A stretch of DNA of 64,000 nucleotides, taken from IMG/VR virus record IMGVR_UViG_3300025892_000012, positions 1 to 64,000 of that record; one strand, 5' to 3'. The stretch comes from a virus. The notes beneath the pieces were generated by a model, which saw only the letters and a program-made list of their open reading frames with translations, did not search any database and was not told the origin of the DNA. Below, in pieces: positions 50,544 through 60,133 of this stretch. A program made the translations under genes and the position numbers. Numbering within the stretch: the stretch's first letter is position 1; the number at the start of each line of letters is the position of its first letter.

Positions 50544-51965
50544 ATGGCAAAACAAACTATTAATAGAGGAATAGCACCAAATGATAACACAGGTGATACG
50601 CTAAGAGATGGTGCTGATAAAATAAATTCAAATTTTAATGATTTATACGAAAATTTGGGAGATGGGGATAATTTATCATTTAATGTACATACGTATACTA
50701 CTAGCACACAAAATCTAGAAAATAAAACATTAATTGCTGCTAACAATAATATAGTTATTAATGTAAACGAATTAAATGATGTTAGTATACCAATTCCTGC
50801 AGTAGATTCTCAAATATTAGAATACAATGGAACTCTTAATCAGTGGGTAGTAGCAGACCGTGTGGGTAGACATTTAGTTCCGAGTTCTAATAATACATTT
50901 GATTTAGGAAGTCCGAATTATCAATTTAAAGATTTATATCTAAGTGGGGAAACACTTTACTTGGGTGATATAAAATTATCTTCAAACAATGGAGAATTTA
51001 AAGTTGAATCACAAAGTAATCCATCTGCTGGAGGATTTAAGCTAAGTGGATTAATTGATGTATCTCCAACTGCACCAACAAATACTCAAGTACTAACATG
51101 GAATGCTTCTGCAAATACATGGTATGCGGCAAATGCAGCCGGAGTTAGTGGTGTTGCTTCGTATTTAAATGGAAATTTAGATACTCATATTATACCAGAC
51201 ACTAATGCCGCTTATGATATTGGTTCTGCAGAATACAAAATAAGACACTTATATCTTTCTGACAATTCATTATGGGTAGGAGATGATCATAAGATAAGTG
51301 TAGAAGAAGGTGAAATTAAATTTAAAAAGTTAAAAAGAACAGCACAACATGTACCCAAAGTAATTTTAGATGCTGCAATTGCGGAAGGCATTGGTGGTGA
51401 TTTAGATTCAGTAGTTGCTCATGCTTTGAATTGGATGAATACACAATTAGATCCAAATGCAATTGACTTATCTGATGCTAGAATAAAAATTGAATTATGG
51501 TTTAAATACGCTATTCAAAACATTACTAACTTCATTGTTAATTTTCCTACACCAGGTGATTTATTCCCCAATGTAAATGATGCTAATTATGATAATAATG
51601 ACTATGAAGAAAATGTTAAACTAGGACAAAGTACGCATATATTTGATGTAACAAATGCCAATAATACTTCATATCTCTTTACAGACTTAGGAAATATATG
51701 GTTTCCAACATCAACACCTAATCCCACACTATATCTAAGAAGAGGTGAGATTTATAACTTTAGAATAAATGCAAGCGGTCATCCATTTAGAATCCAAAAT
51801 TCAAGTGTTGATAGTGATTTAGATGCTGTTGCTACTTCGGGTATAGTTGGTAATACAACAGAATCGGGCACACTTGTGTTTAAAGTACCTATGGAAACAC
51901 CTAGTACACTTTATTATCGGTGTACTGTGCATTCAGTCATGTCAGGAACTATAAACATTGTTTAA
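50544..51965 (+). CDS. Baseplate wedge gp9/gp10-like N-terminus, fibre body, cupredoxin-like C-terminal domain
   Basis: MAKQTIN.G..PND.TGDTLR.GADKIN.NF..LY; DLGS....F..LYLS repeats; GHPF...LYYRCTVHSVM. Confidence 0.75.
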   Translation: MAKQTINRGIAPNDNTGDTLRDGADKINSNFNDLYENLGDGDNLSFNVHTYTTSTQNLENKTLIAANNNIVINVNELNDVSIPIPAVDSQILEYNGTLNQWVVADRVGRHLVPSSNNTFDLGSPNYQFKDLYLSGETLYLGDIKLSSNNGEFKVESQSNPSAGGFKLSGLIDVSPTAPTNTQVLTWNASANTWYAANAAGVSGVASYLNGNLDTHIIPDTNAAYDIGSAEYKIRHLYLSDNSLWVGDDHKISVEEGEIKFKKLKRTAQHVPKVILDAAIAEGIGGDLDSVVAHALNWMNTQLDPNAIDLSDARIKIELWFKYAIQNITNFIVNFPTPGDLFPNVNDANYDNNDYEENVKLGQSTHIFDVTNANNTSYLFTDLGNIWFPTSTPNPTLYLRRGEIYNFRINASGHPFRIQNSSVDSDLDAVATSGIVGNTTESGTLVFKVPMETPSTLYYRCTVHSVMSGTINIV

Positions 51966-51974
51966 AAAAAGTAG

Positions 51975-52319
51975 ATGGCAAATATATTTAAATTAAAAAC
52001 AAAAGCTAATGTATCTAATTCAACGGCTGATACAATTTATACAGTTCCTGCAACTACAACAGCCGTTGCTATTGGATTAGTTTTAGCAAATAAGTCTACT
52101 CATGTAGTTACTGCAACCGTTGATTTAAATTCAACTACAAATGATAACGAATTAAATACAGCAGTCACTCTTTTTCATAACATAACAATTCCTGATAAAA
52201 GTACACTTGAGGTTTTTGGCGGACAAAAACTGATACTACAAACAACAGACCAAATTAAAATAACTAGTGATACACAAAATGGCTTAGATGTAGCCTTGAG
52301 TGTCTTAGAAATAAGTTAA
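51975..52319 (+). CDS. Small beta-sandwich tail protein (paralog of 53239)
   Basis: MAN.F...IYTVP.TTT...GL.LAN...STLEV.GG.K.IL...D...LSVLE. Confidence 0.65.
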   Translation: MANIFKLKTKANVSNSTADTIYTVPATTTAVAIGLVLANKSTHVVTATVDLNSTTNDNELNTAVTLFHNITIPDKSTLEVFGGQKLILQTTDQIKITSDTQNGLDVALSVLEIS

Positions 52320-52323
52320 ACTC

Positions 52324-53235
52324 ATGCCTACAAAAATACTAGAACTTGCAAATGATTTCTCTACATTATATAAGAAATATAATAATGAAATCGTACAACA
52401 TGTTCTTGTGGAAAATTCAGTCATTGATGCCGGTTTAATTGGTAATAATCATGTATCTACTGCAAGTATTCAACTTGATAATACAATCATTAGAATTGGC
52501 ACTTCTAGAGGTCTTTTAGATAATGACCTTCTCACCTATGATGCACTTCAATATAAATTTGTAAATAAAAGTTTAGCTGAATTTGGTTTTGTTGGCGCAG
52601 CCGACATAGCTAATAGCATAACTACAGATACTCTCACTGCAAACACAATCAGCGTTACTGGTGACTTAGTTGTTGCTGGTAATACAATTACACTTGATAC
52701 TCAAACATTACTAGTTGAAGATAACATTATTGTACTTGGTGCAAACAATAATACAAATCTTATAGATTTTGGTTTTGCCGGTCAATATAGTTACGATAAT
52801 GGAGCAACTACAAAATATGCAGGTATCTTTAGAGATGCAAGTATTGGAAAATTTTATTTGTTTGAAAACTATCCTCTAGAACCTCCCACATCTACAATGA
52901 CGGGATTCAATCCCAGTTCAATGTCGGGAACATTAATACTTTCAAATCTAGAAGTTCTAGATGATATAACTTTAAACACTGCAGTAATAGCATACAATGC
53001 GGCTAACGGAACATTAGATGTAAATGGAAATGCTCTTTCTTATGATGCTGGTTCAACTCTGGCTTCTTTATCGGATGTTAATACAACAGCTAATGCCAAT
53101 CAAGTTCTCACTGCTGATGGTGTAGGTAACTTCAATTTCAACACAGTAGATTACAATAATCTGATAAATAAACCAGACGCACAACTTGCGGCCTTAGCGG
53201 ATGATGCATTCATAAATTCAATAATTTTTGGTTAA
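52324..53235 (+). CDS. Tail fibre-like structural protein
   Basis: GDLVVAGNT.T...L.VEDNIIVL, YAGIFRDAS, L..LSDV; C-terminal FINSIIFG. Confidence 0.65.
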   Translation: MPTKILELANDFSTLYKKYNNEIVQHVLVENSVIDAGLIGNNHVSTASIQLDNTIIRIGTSRGLLDNDLLTYDALQYKFVNKSLAEFGFVGAADIANSITTDTLTANTISVTGDLVVAGNTITLDTQTLLVEDNIIVLGANNNTNLIDFGFAGQYSYDNGATTKYAGIFRDASIGKFYLFENYPLEPPTSTMTGFNPSSMSGTLILSNLEVLDDITLNTAVIAYNAANGTLDVNGNALSYDAGSTLASLSDVNTTANANQVLTADGVGNFNFNTVDYNNLINKPDAQLAALADDAFINSIIFG

Positions 53236-53238
53236 TAA

Positions 53239-53583
53239 ATGGCGAATACACTTTTATCTAAAACTTATGATGGCGGAAATAATTATGTTACTGCCACAAC
53301 AGATGTTAACATTTATACTGTGCCTACAAGTACAACTTCCATTTTAATTGGGTTTACAATATCAAATTTAACAACCGGTATCATAGCTTTGAGTGTTAAA
53401 ATTTTAGATTCAGATGCGGCACAAACTGTACACTTTTTGAAAAATGTAGTCATTGATAGTGGCTCTACTCTTGAAATAATGGGGGGCAATAAAATTATTC
53501 TAAATGCTAGTGATGCAATACGTATGCAGTCCGATACACCAAATTCCTTTGATGTTGTACTATCACTAGTGGAACAGACATGA
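53239..53583 (+). CDS. Small beta-sandwich tail protein (paralog of 51975)
   Basis: MAN....IYTVP.STT..LIG..ISN...STLEI.GG.K.IL...D...LSLVE. Confidence 0.65.
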   Translation: MANTLLSKTYDGGNNYVTATTDVNIYTVPTSTTSILIGFTISNLTTGIIALSVKILDSDAAQTVHFLKNVVIDSGSTLEIMGGNKIILNASDAIRMQSDTPNSFDVVLSLVEQT

Positions 53584-53834
53584 GCAAAGCTTTTAATATA
53601 GCTACAAATCTTGGAGCATATAAAAGTGCTTTTGATTCAAGTGGTAATATAAATGTACCAATGTATTCAAACCATGACACAACTGAAGATATAACTGTAG
53701 TTGCAAATACTAATTCTTTAATGCCAGGACCTATTACAGCAAACAATGTAGCTGTAAGCGGACATTTAATTGTAATAAATGAATTTCATGTAACTGGTAA
53801 TATTACAGTTACTGGTTCTGTATCATTAATATAA
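53580..53834 (+). CDS. Array adaptor A1
   Basis: N.L..GP.T....V.G.L.V C-terminal beta motif shared by five array genes. Confidence 0.6.
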   Translation: MSKAFNIATNLGAYKSAFDSSGNINVPMYSNHDTTEDITVVANTNSLMPGPITANNVAVSGHLIVINEFHVTGNITVTGSVSLI

Positions 53835-53854
53835 ATGAACAAAGAGGAGAATAA

Positions 53855-54451
53855 ATGCCTACGTTTACACTAGGAGGAAAAACACTAGCAACACAAACAG
53901 GAAGTGCAGAGCCACAAATAGCAGATGCTGTAACATTTCCTGGAAAATCTGGAGCAATATTACAAACAAAAACTTATATAGATCCCACATCATGGACTCA
54001 GGTACTTGACACTGATTTTGAAACGCTTGTAAATGGGTCTGGAGTTAAATTTGCTGTATCTATTACTCCTACTCTAACAGGGTCTAAAAATATAGTAACA
54101 GTAACTTTTGGAACTTTTTATGCACACAATGCTCAAAATTATGCATTAGGAGTTAGATTGTGTAGAAATGGCACTCCAGTAAGATTAAGCACAGCCACCG
54201 ACAGTACACCTCTAGTAACTTTTAGTGCTAGTAGTTTATATGCAAACTATATGCCAGCATGTACTGCAGTTGTTCTTGATGAAACCTTGAATACTAAAGA
54301 TGTATTAGTTGAGTACACTTTACAAATGCAAAGACATGCAATAAGTACATACACAATGGGTATGAATAAAACTGGAACCACAAGAACTGATAATTCTGCC
54401 TATGGACAGCGTACATCCAGTCAAATTATGGCACAGGAGGTTGTGGTATGA
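53855..54451 (+). CDS. Array tip B1 (putative receptor-binding domain)
   Basis: GAGGAG RBS; FTLGGKTLATQTG...FP...GAILQ...SITPT...IMAQEV. Confidence 0.6.
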   Translation: MPTFTLGGKTLATQTGSAEPQIADAVTFPGKSGAILQTKTYIDPTSWTQVLDTDFETLVNGSGVKFAVSITPTLTGSKNIVTVTFGTFYAHNAQNYALGVRLCRNGTPVRLSTATDSTPLVTFSASSLYANYMPACTAVVLDETLNTKDVLVEYTLQMQRHAISTYTMGMNKTGTTRTDNSAYGQRTSSQIMAQEVVV

Positions 54452-54822
54452 TTACAATAACACAAGCAGTACAAGCACTAGGAGGAAAAAGTTTTAGTGT
54501 TGAAGAAGAAAATCCAAATAAAGTTTTTTTTAATAGAGGTAATCCATTAAACATAACAACTGCTCAAATAAAAGAAAAATTTGACGAATTAGTTGCAGAA
54601 TTTAATCAGACAGAACCCATTAGATTACTAAGAGAACAAAGGGATAAATTACTTACAGAAACCGATTGGGTAACTGCAAAAGCAATAGAAACAGAAGAAC
54701 CAATACCTGCTGAATGGAAAACCTATAGACAAGCACTCAGAGATTTACCAGCTACTGCAGAACCACAACTAGATGAGTTTGGTAATTTAATTAATGTAAC
54801 TTGGCCGGAGAAACCAGAGTGA
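54448..54822 (+). CDS. Array chaperone C1 (tail fibre assembly chaperone-like)
   Basis: LR..RD.LL.ETDW...W.TYRQALRDLP...WP.KP. Confidence 0.75.
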   Translation: MITITQAVQALGGKSFSVEEENPNKVFFNRGNPLNITTAQIKEKFDELVAEFNQTEPIRLLREQRDKLLTETDWVTAKAIETEEPIPAEWKTYRQALRDLPATAEPQLDEFGNLINVTWPEKPE

Positions 54823-55091
54823 GTGGAACACTTAAATTAAACGATACACTATTTGCTACAGAAAATAGTGGAGATATAAGTGTAACTGCGCATTTTACAG
54901 AAACTAATGTTGTACAAAACTCAAATGTTATAACACAGAGTTTGACGATAGCAAACAATAAAAATGCAACAATTTCAGGACCTGTATCTGTAAGTGGTTT
55001 AACAATCAATGGAAGTTTAAATGTAATGGGTAATTTAACAATTCCTACAACACAAAATTTAACAATTACAGGAAGATTAAGGATATTATAA
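54819..55091 (+). CDS. Array adaptor A2 (GTG start)
   Basis: GGAG RBS; GTGA overlap with the C1 stop; B-like N-terminus plus GPVSV...INGSLNV C-terminus. Confidence 0.6.
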   Translation: MSGTLKLNDTLFATENSGDISVTAHFTETNVVQNSNVITQSLTIANNKNATISGPVSVSGLTINGSLNVMGNLTIPTTQNLTITGRLRIL

Positions 55092-55092
55092 T

Positions 55093-55686
55093 ATGGCAGA
55101 TTTAATTTTAGGAAACACTACTGTAATGACAGAAAGTGGAGGTAATGTTACACTTGCTGATTTTTTTGAAGCTAAAATATTACAAATAGATTATGGAATG
55201 CACAGTAGCACTTATTACGACAGTGGCCAGGGTACTGCATTTCCTGGAACCACTTTACCTGGAGAACTTGGTGATGGAAGTGTAAATTTAACTCCTACCA
55301 GTTCCAGTAATTTTATAGAGATTTCGTATACAATGCATTGTGGACAACATGCCACATGGAATTTATTTTTCTTTAGAACATATTACAGTGTAGACGGAGG
55401 TAGTACTTATGCATATGTAACAGATACTGGAGGTGGAGCAATAGGTTATCATTCAGGTTGGAATGGCTCACCTTTTATAGCATCTGCCTGTGTGATTAAA
55501 CCGGTGACTTTTTTTACTAGCACAAATCAAAATATAAAATTTCGAATGAATTCTTGTAAAGAAAGTAATTCAGCAACAGGATTAGCACTCAACGTAAACA
55601 CAAGTACTAATGATAGCTCAAAAACTACAAATTTTTCAGGTGCTTGTTCATCATTGATAGTAAAAGAATTAAAAGGACCATTATGA
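55093..55686 (+). CDS. Array tip B2
   Basis: MADLILGNTTVMTESGG...KILQ...LTPTSSSN...SLIVKEL. Confidence 0.6.
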   Translation: MADLILGNTTVMTESGGNVTLADFFEAKILQIDYGMHSSTYYDSGQGTAFPGTTLPGELGDGSVNLTPTSSSNFIEISYTMHCGQHATWNLFFFRTYYSVDGGSTYAYVTDTGGGAIGYHSGWNGSPFIASACVIKPVTFFTSTNQNIKFRMNSCKESNSATGLALNVNTSTNDSSKTTNFSGACSSLIVKELKGPL

Positions 55687-56045
55687 CAGACATTGTTAAC
55701 GCTATAGAATCTTTAGTTGATAAAGCTAAATTCAGTATTGAAGATGGAGATTATGACAAAATTGTTTGGAAAGATGAAAGAACTATTCCCACAAAAGCAC
55801 AAATAGAAACAAAGATTACTGAATTAGAAGCTGAAGAACCTGTGCGAATTTTACGATTACACAGAGATAGATTATTACAAGAAACAGATTGGGTATCTGC
55901 TAGAAGTGTTGATTCAGGTACACCAGTGTCTCAAGAATGGGTTGCATATAGACAAGCACTTAGAGATTTGCCAGTTACAGCAGAACCACAACTAGATGAA
56001 AATGGTAATTTGACAAATGTCACTTGGCCAGTAAAACCAGTATAA
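55683..56045 (+). CDS. Array chaperone C2
   Basis: ATGA overlap; RDRLL.ETDW...YRQALRDLP..AEPQLDE.G....VTWP.KP. Confidence 0.75.
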   Translation: MTDIVNAIESLVDKAKFSIEDGDYDKIVWKDERTIPTKAQIETKITELEAEEPVRILRLHRDRLLQETDWVSARSVDSGTPVSQEWVAYRQALRDLPVTAEPQLDENGNLTNVTWPVKPV

Positions 56046-56055
56046 AAGGATTAAA

Positions 56056-56331
56056 ATGGATTACACAATAACATTAACAGATACTGAAGACAAAGCACTG
56101 GCATATGCCGCTGCAAGTCAACAGGATTGGATTGATAACGTAGTTCACAATCGTTGTCGCATTGCAATTGATGACATTGTAAAACTTGCAATAGACAAAT
56201 TTATTGCTGCTGGTGAAAGCATGCCAGGAAATAAAGACCAAATTGTTGCAATTGCATTTGAAAGAGGTTGGGTCAAAACTGCAGCACAAAGAAATGAAGA
56301 AGCACAAGCCGAAATGGAGAAACAAGCATAA
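56056..56331 (+). CDS. Small helical tail-associated protein
   Basis: AAGGA RBS; YTITLTDTE.KAL...QDWIDN....R.RIAID.I...GWVKTAA.RN. Confidence 0.55.
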   Translation: MDYTITLTDTEDKALAYAAASQQDWIDNVVHNRCRIAIDDIVKLAIDKFIAAGESMPGNKDQIVAIAFERGWVKTAAQRNEEAQAEMEKQA

Positions 56332-56816
56332 TGCCAGTTTTAGGAGCCGTAGCAAGACCTAATATCACTAGTTCATCAACAATCATAGATCATAAAGAAT
56401 ATCTTGGTGGACATGCGGATATAATTTCAAATCCTGGCTATTATACTTTTTATGCACACTATACACCAGGAAATGTATCTGTCATAGTGCGTGGAATAAA
56501 TATGGCGAGTAGTGACTATACGGCATCTAGTGGCAAAGATATTTTAATATCCACATCAGCAATAACATTAAACTCTGATGATATCATACAAATTATCGGA
56601 TATGGAACTAGCACTTCTGCCATATTAACCAAAAGCGATATGAACATCACTGGTGGACAGGCAATCAATCTAGAAAAAGTGGATAGTAAGATTTATATGA
56701 ATCGTAATCAGTATTCTGCAAATTTACATGTGCCCGCAGGATACAATGCATTCTTTGCTGGACCTATGAATTTTACAGGCACATTAACAATTGATGGCGT
56801 TTTAAACATAATTTAA
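56331..56816 (+). CDS. Array adaptor A3 with N-terminal baseplate-type repeat
   Basis: YTPGNVSV...G......DYTA...L...D.I.I repeat, then GYNA..AGP....TLTIDGVLNII. Confidence 0.6.
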   Translation: MPVLGAVARPNITSSSTIIDHKEYLGGHADIISNPGYYTFYAHYTPGNVSVIVRGINMASSDYTASSGKDILISTSAITLNSDDIIQIIGYGTSTSAILTKSDMNITGGQAINLEKVDSKIYMNRNQYSANLHVPAGYNAFFAGPMNFTGTLTIDGVLNII

Positions 56817-56825
56817 AAAGAAGAT

Positions 56826-57404
56826 ATGAGTGGAGTTATAAAACTAGGTTCAACAACATTTGGCACAGAGAACAATGGCAAGATAGATTTGACCAATGTT
56901 GGTGAAATCGCTTACAATAATCATCCTGCATTTTTTGCATGGTTAAGTACTCTTCAAAATAACTTTACTGATCAAACATATGTCAAAGTTGCGTATAATT
57001 CCATAGATATAGACACTCACAATTCTTTTGATACTACTTCTTTTGTTGGTAGATATACTATACCTGATGGTTGTAGTGGAACTTATCAAATAAGTGCTAG
57101 AGTTACTGGATGGGCAGTAACAGATACAAACCTAAGAGATGACCACTTATATTTAAGAAAAAATGGTTCTAATTATGAAGGTGTGGCGAATAGATGGGCA
57201 GGAAATGATATAGCACACCATTCTAATGTGCTAACAACAATTATAGATTTAAATGCTGGAGATTATTTAGAGATTTATTGTTTTATGAATTCAGTAAATA
57301 GTGCTGATAATAGAGTTTTATCAAAAATGGGTGACTACAACTTAAATAGTGGTTGGGAGGAAATATCAAGATTAACAACTTTTAGTGGATATCGTATAAG
57401 GTAA
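56826..57404 (+). CDS. Array tip B3 (C1q/TNF-like)
   Basis: PAFFA...KV.Y...D....FD....RYT.P...G.YQ.SA...LRKNG...IIDL.AGDYLEIY...FSGYRI. Confidence 0.65.
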   Translation: MSGVIKLGSTTFGTENNGKIDLTNVGEIAYNNHPAFFAWLSTLQNNFTDQTYVKVAYNSIDIDTHNSFDTTSFVGRYTIPDGCSGTYQISARVTGWAVTDTNLRDDHLYLRKNGSNYEGVANRWAGNDIAHHSNVLTTIIDLNAGDYLEIYCFMNSVNSADNRVLSKMGDYNLNSGWEEISRLTTFSGYRIR

Positions 57405-57411
57405 TTAACTT

Positions 57412-57981
57412 ATGGCATCAGAAATACAATTAGGCGGTAAAACAATATTCACGCAAGATGGTAACAACATGCCAGAAATGCATACGAATGTTGTAATACC
57501 CGAAGCAACAAAAACAGCATTAGGATTAAATGCTATACCAGCAGGAACAACAGCAGAAAGACCAGGTACTCCTGCAGTTGGTATGATTCGTTACAACACA
57601 GATTTTAAATGTATTGAATACTATGATACTAATAGTCTATCTGGTTCAACTTGGCACAGTGTAGGGCCTTTTGTTACTGTAAAATTTAATGGCTTTAATG
57701 GTTCTGTCATGAATTGGTGGGGTAATTATTCAAGTATAACGAGAAATGCAACAGGACATTATACATTAACTTTTGCAACAGCAGTTGGTGATTATATGTG
57801 GTATATTGATACCGATACAAATAATTCAAGGAGTGGTAATCACGTAATGGGACTAAGTGGTTTTGGTAGTTATTATTTTGTTTATAATTCAACTTATTTT
57901 ACATTTACAATAGGTGATATTATTACACCAGCACGGTCAGATGCCGATATAGTTTGGGTTTCTCTATGGAGTATATCATGA
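57412..57981 (+). CDS. Array tip B4
   Basis: IQLGGKTIFTQDG; IPAGTTAERP...GMIRYNT; VKFNG...SSITRNATGHYTLTF. Confidence 0.6.
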   Translation: MASEIQLGGKTIFTQDGNNMPEMHTNVVIPEATKTALGLNAIPAGTTAERPGTPAVGMIRYNTDFKCIEYYDTNSLSGSTWHSVGPFVTVKFNGFNGSVMNWWGNYSSITRNATGHYTLTFATAVGDYMWYIDTDTNNSRSGNHVMGLSGFGSYYFVYNSTYFTFTIGDIITPARSDADIVWVSLWSIS

Positions 57982-58397
57982 ATAATTTAATACTTTACAC
58001 AAATGCAGAAGGTTCAGTCTCTAGCATTTGTATCAATGGTGCAGAAGACATCACAAAAGTCAGAAAGTATATATTAGACCATAGTTTAAATGATGCTATT
58101 ATTATAGATGAAGCCGCACTACCAGAAAAAAAATTAGAGTATTGCAAAATAGTAAATGGTGAGTTAATATCAGATGAAGAATATAAAACAAATAAAGCCA
58201 TGCAATTGTTGCGAGAAGAAAGAGAAAAGTTATTGATTCAATCTGATTGGCGTGACCTTCCTTCTTATCCAGGTACAGACCAAGAAGCATGGCGAACATA
58301 TAGACAGGATCTAAGAGACATGACTGAATTAGAATCTCCTAAAATAGATCAATATGGTAATCTAATTGAAGTAGTCTGGCCAACACCACCGGAGTAA
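57978..58397 (+). CDS. Array chaperone C3
   Basis: GGAG RBS, ATGA overlap; LREER..LL..SDW...W.TYRQDLRD...WP.PP. Confidence 0.72.
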   Translation: MNNLILYTNAEGSVSSICINGAEDITKVRKYILDHSLNDAIIIDEAALPEKKLEYCKIVNGELISDEEYKTNKAMQLLREEREKLLIQSDWRDLPSYPGTDQEAWRTYRQDLRDMTELESPKIDQYGNLIEVVWPTPPE

Positions 58398-58398
58398 A

Positions 58399-58629
58399 AT
58401 GGGAAACATTTCAATCATCAAAGGTTTTGATTCAGAAGGAATCAGACCAAGCAACGAAATAGTTGTAGACAAGAATGTAGTAGCTGAAGAAGGTTATTCA
58501 CAATTGTTAATTGGTCCTGTTACTGTTCCCAATGTTACTGTAAATGGTAATCTAAACGTGATGACTGAAATAAATATTACTGGAGACTTAACAATTGGTG
58601 AGAACGGTCAACTCAACATCATCGGATAA
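58399..58629 (+). CDS. Array adaptor A4
   Basis: GPVTVPNVTVNGNLNV...G.L.IG.NG.LN..G; close paralog of A5. Confidence 0.6.
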   Translation: MGNISIIKGFDSEGIRPSNEIVVDKNVVAEEGYSQLLIGPVTVPNVTVNGNLNVMTEINITGDLTIGENGQLNIIG

Positions 58630-58634
58630 AACGA

Positions 58635-59159
58635 ATGGGTAATCTTGTATTAAATGGGCAGACAGTATTAGAGCAAGTCGGAACTGCTAAACCTACAGTT
58701 GGTTCTGGTTGGCCTTCTGGTACAATTTGTGGATTTGAAAGATACATTACACCTATTACAAGTCATCAATCTAGTACTACCACATATCAAACTATTACAG
58801 GAACACAAATAGATTATACACCAGTGACAGGTAGTACTTATGTATATTATAGTACAAGTTTTTTAATGACTGGAGAAGATAATAGTGCTTTAGGACATTT
58901 TAAACTATTATTAGATTACAATACAGTAAATGGAGCGGAGTTTACAATAAGGCAGGGAGTTTATTGGGCAGGAAATCTTATATATTTAGAATGGATATTT
59001 GATTCATGGAGTGGTCCTAAAAATATATTATGTGAGTGTAGGGAGTATAATGCCTCATACACATTTAGATTACATCAAAATGTTAATTGGGATGGAGCAA
59101 GTGATTCGGCAACTGGACCATATAAATCTCCAGTAACTAAAATATATTCTATAATGTGA
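58635..59159 (+). CDS. Array tip B5
   Basis: LVLNGQTVLEQVG...WPSGTI...YTP. Confidence 0.58.
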   Translation: MGNLVLNGQTVLEQVGTAKPTVGSGWPSGTICGFERYITPITSHQSSTTTYQTITGTQIDYTPVTGSTYVYYSTSFLMTGEDNSALGHFKLLLDYNTVNGAEFTIRQGVYWAGNLIYLEWIFDSWSGPKNILCECREYNASYTFRLHQNVNWDGASDSATGPYKSPVTKIYSIM

Positions 59160-59166
59160 GAAACTA

Positions 59167-59766
59167 ATGGCAACACTTAAACTCAACAACACAACAGTTT
59201 TTACAGAATCAAATGGTGCTGCGAGTATTCCAAGTGCGGTCAAGTTTCCTGCTGGACATGTTGTACAAGTTGTAGAATTACATGATGATAATTATGTAAC
59301 AATAAATGCTGCATCCATTAAATGTTATGATGTTCAAATTACAACCAAACAATCAAATTCAAAAATTTATGTGATAGCAAATTTAGGTCACAGTAACTAT
59401 AATCATGATGTTGATAGAGCATTGGCAATGGGATATAAAGTTGGTGGGGTATCCACAAATTCTTCTGATTATATTGCTTTACAAAGTTCAAAATATACTA
59501 GGCAAATAGAAGGAAATTTAGGTAGTTTTTGGACACAAGATACAGGAGACCCAGGTGGAGGAAGTTGGAGTGGAACTTACGGAATAAGTTCGGTGATGTT
59601 TACTAAACTACATGCTCCTAATGTTCCTAAAGATACACTATTATCATATTCGTTGTGGGGTTCTTCAGATGGTACATTCTACATTGGCACATCCAATTCT
59701 ACAGGAGGTGGAACACCTAATGGTTATGACAATAGTATTACTTTAATGGAGATTTCTAATGGTTAA
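59167..59766 (+). CDS. Array tip B6
   Basis: MATLKLNNTTVFTESNG...FPAGHVVQVV...IT....SKI...SITLMEI. Confidence 0.62.
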   Translation: MATLKLNNTTVFTESNGAASIPSAVKFPAGHVVQVVELHDDNYVTINAASIKCYDVQITTKQSNSKIYVIANLGHSNYNHDVDRALAMGYKVGGVSTNSSDYIALQSSKYTRQIEGNLGSFWTQDTGDPGGGSWSGTYGISSVMFTKLHAPNVPKDTLLSYSLWGSSDGTFYIGTSNSTGGGTPNGYDNSITLMEISNG

Positions 59767-60133
59767 GCCAAAACAAATAACCATCAATAATGCTATGGTA
59801 GAATATTATGGCAATTATAGTTGGGGAATGACTGGACCGAACTATACAGATATTATTTGGAAATCTAATCCTGATGAGAAACCAAGTTTAGAAGATTTAG
59901 AAGAAAAGGTAATACTGTTACAACAACAAGAACCATTAAGATTTTTGAGAGAAAAAAGAAACATTTTGTTAAAAGAAACAGATTGGAGAGCAACAGTTGA
60001 CTATCCTGGAACAGACCAAGAGGCATGGTTGACTTATAGACAGGCACTGAGGGATTTACCTGCAACAGCAGAACCAGAATTGGATGAAAACGGAATGCTT
60101 ACAAACGTAACTTGGCCAGAGGAACCAGTATAA
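59759..60133 (+). CDS. Array chaperone C4
   Basis: LREKRN.LL.ETDW...YPGTDQEAW.TYRQALRDLPATAEP.LDENG...VTWP. Confidence 0.75.
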   Translation: MVKPKQITINNAMVEYYGNYSWGMTGPNYTDIIWKSNPDEKPSLEDLEEKVILLQQQEPLRFLREKRNILLKETDWRATVDYPGTDQEAWLTYRQALRDLPATAEPELDENGMLTNVTWPEEPV

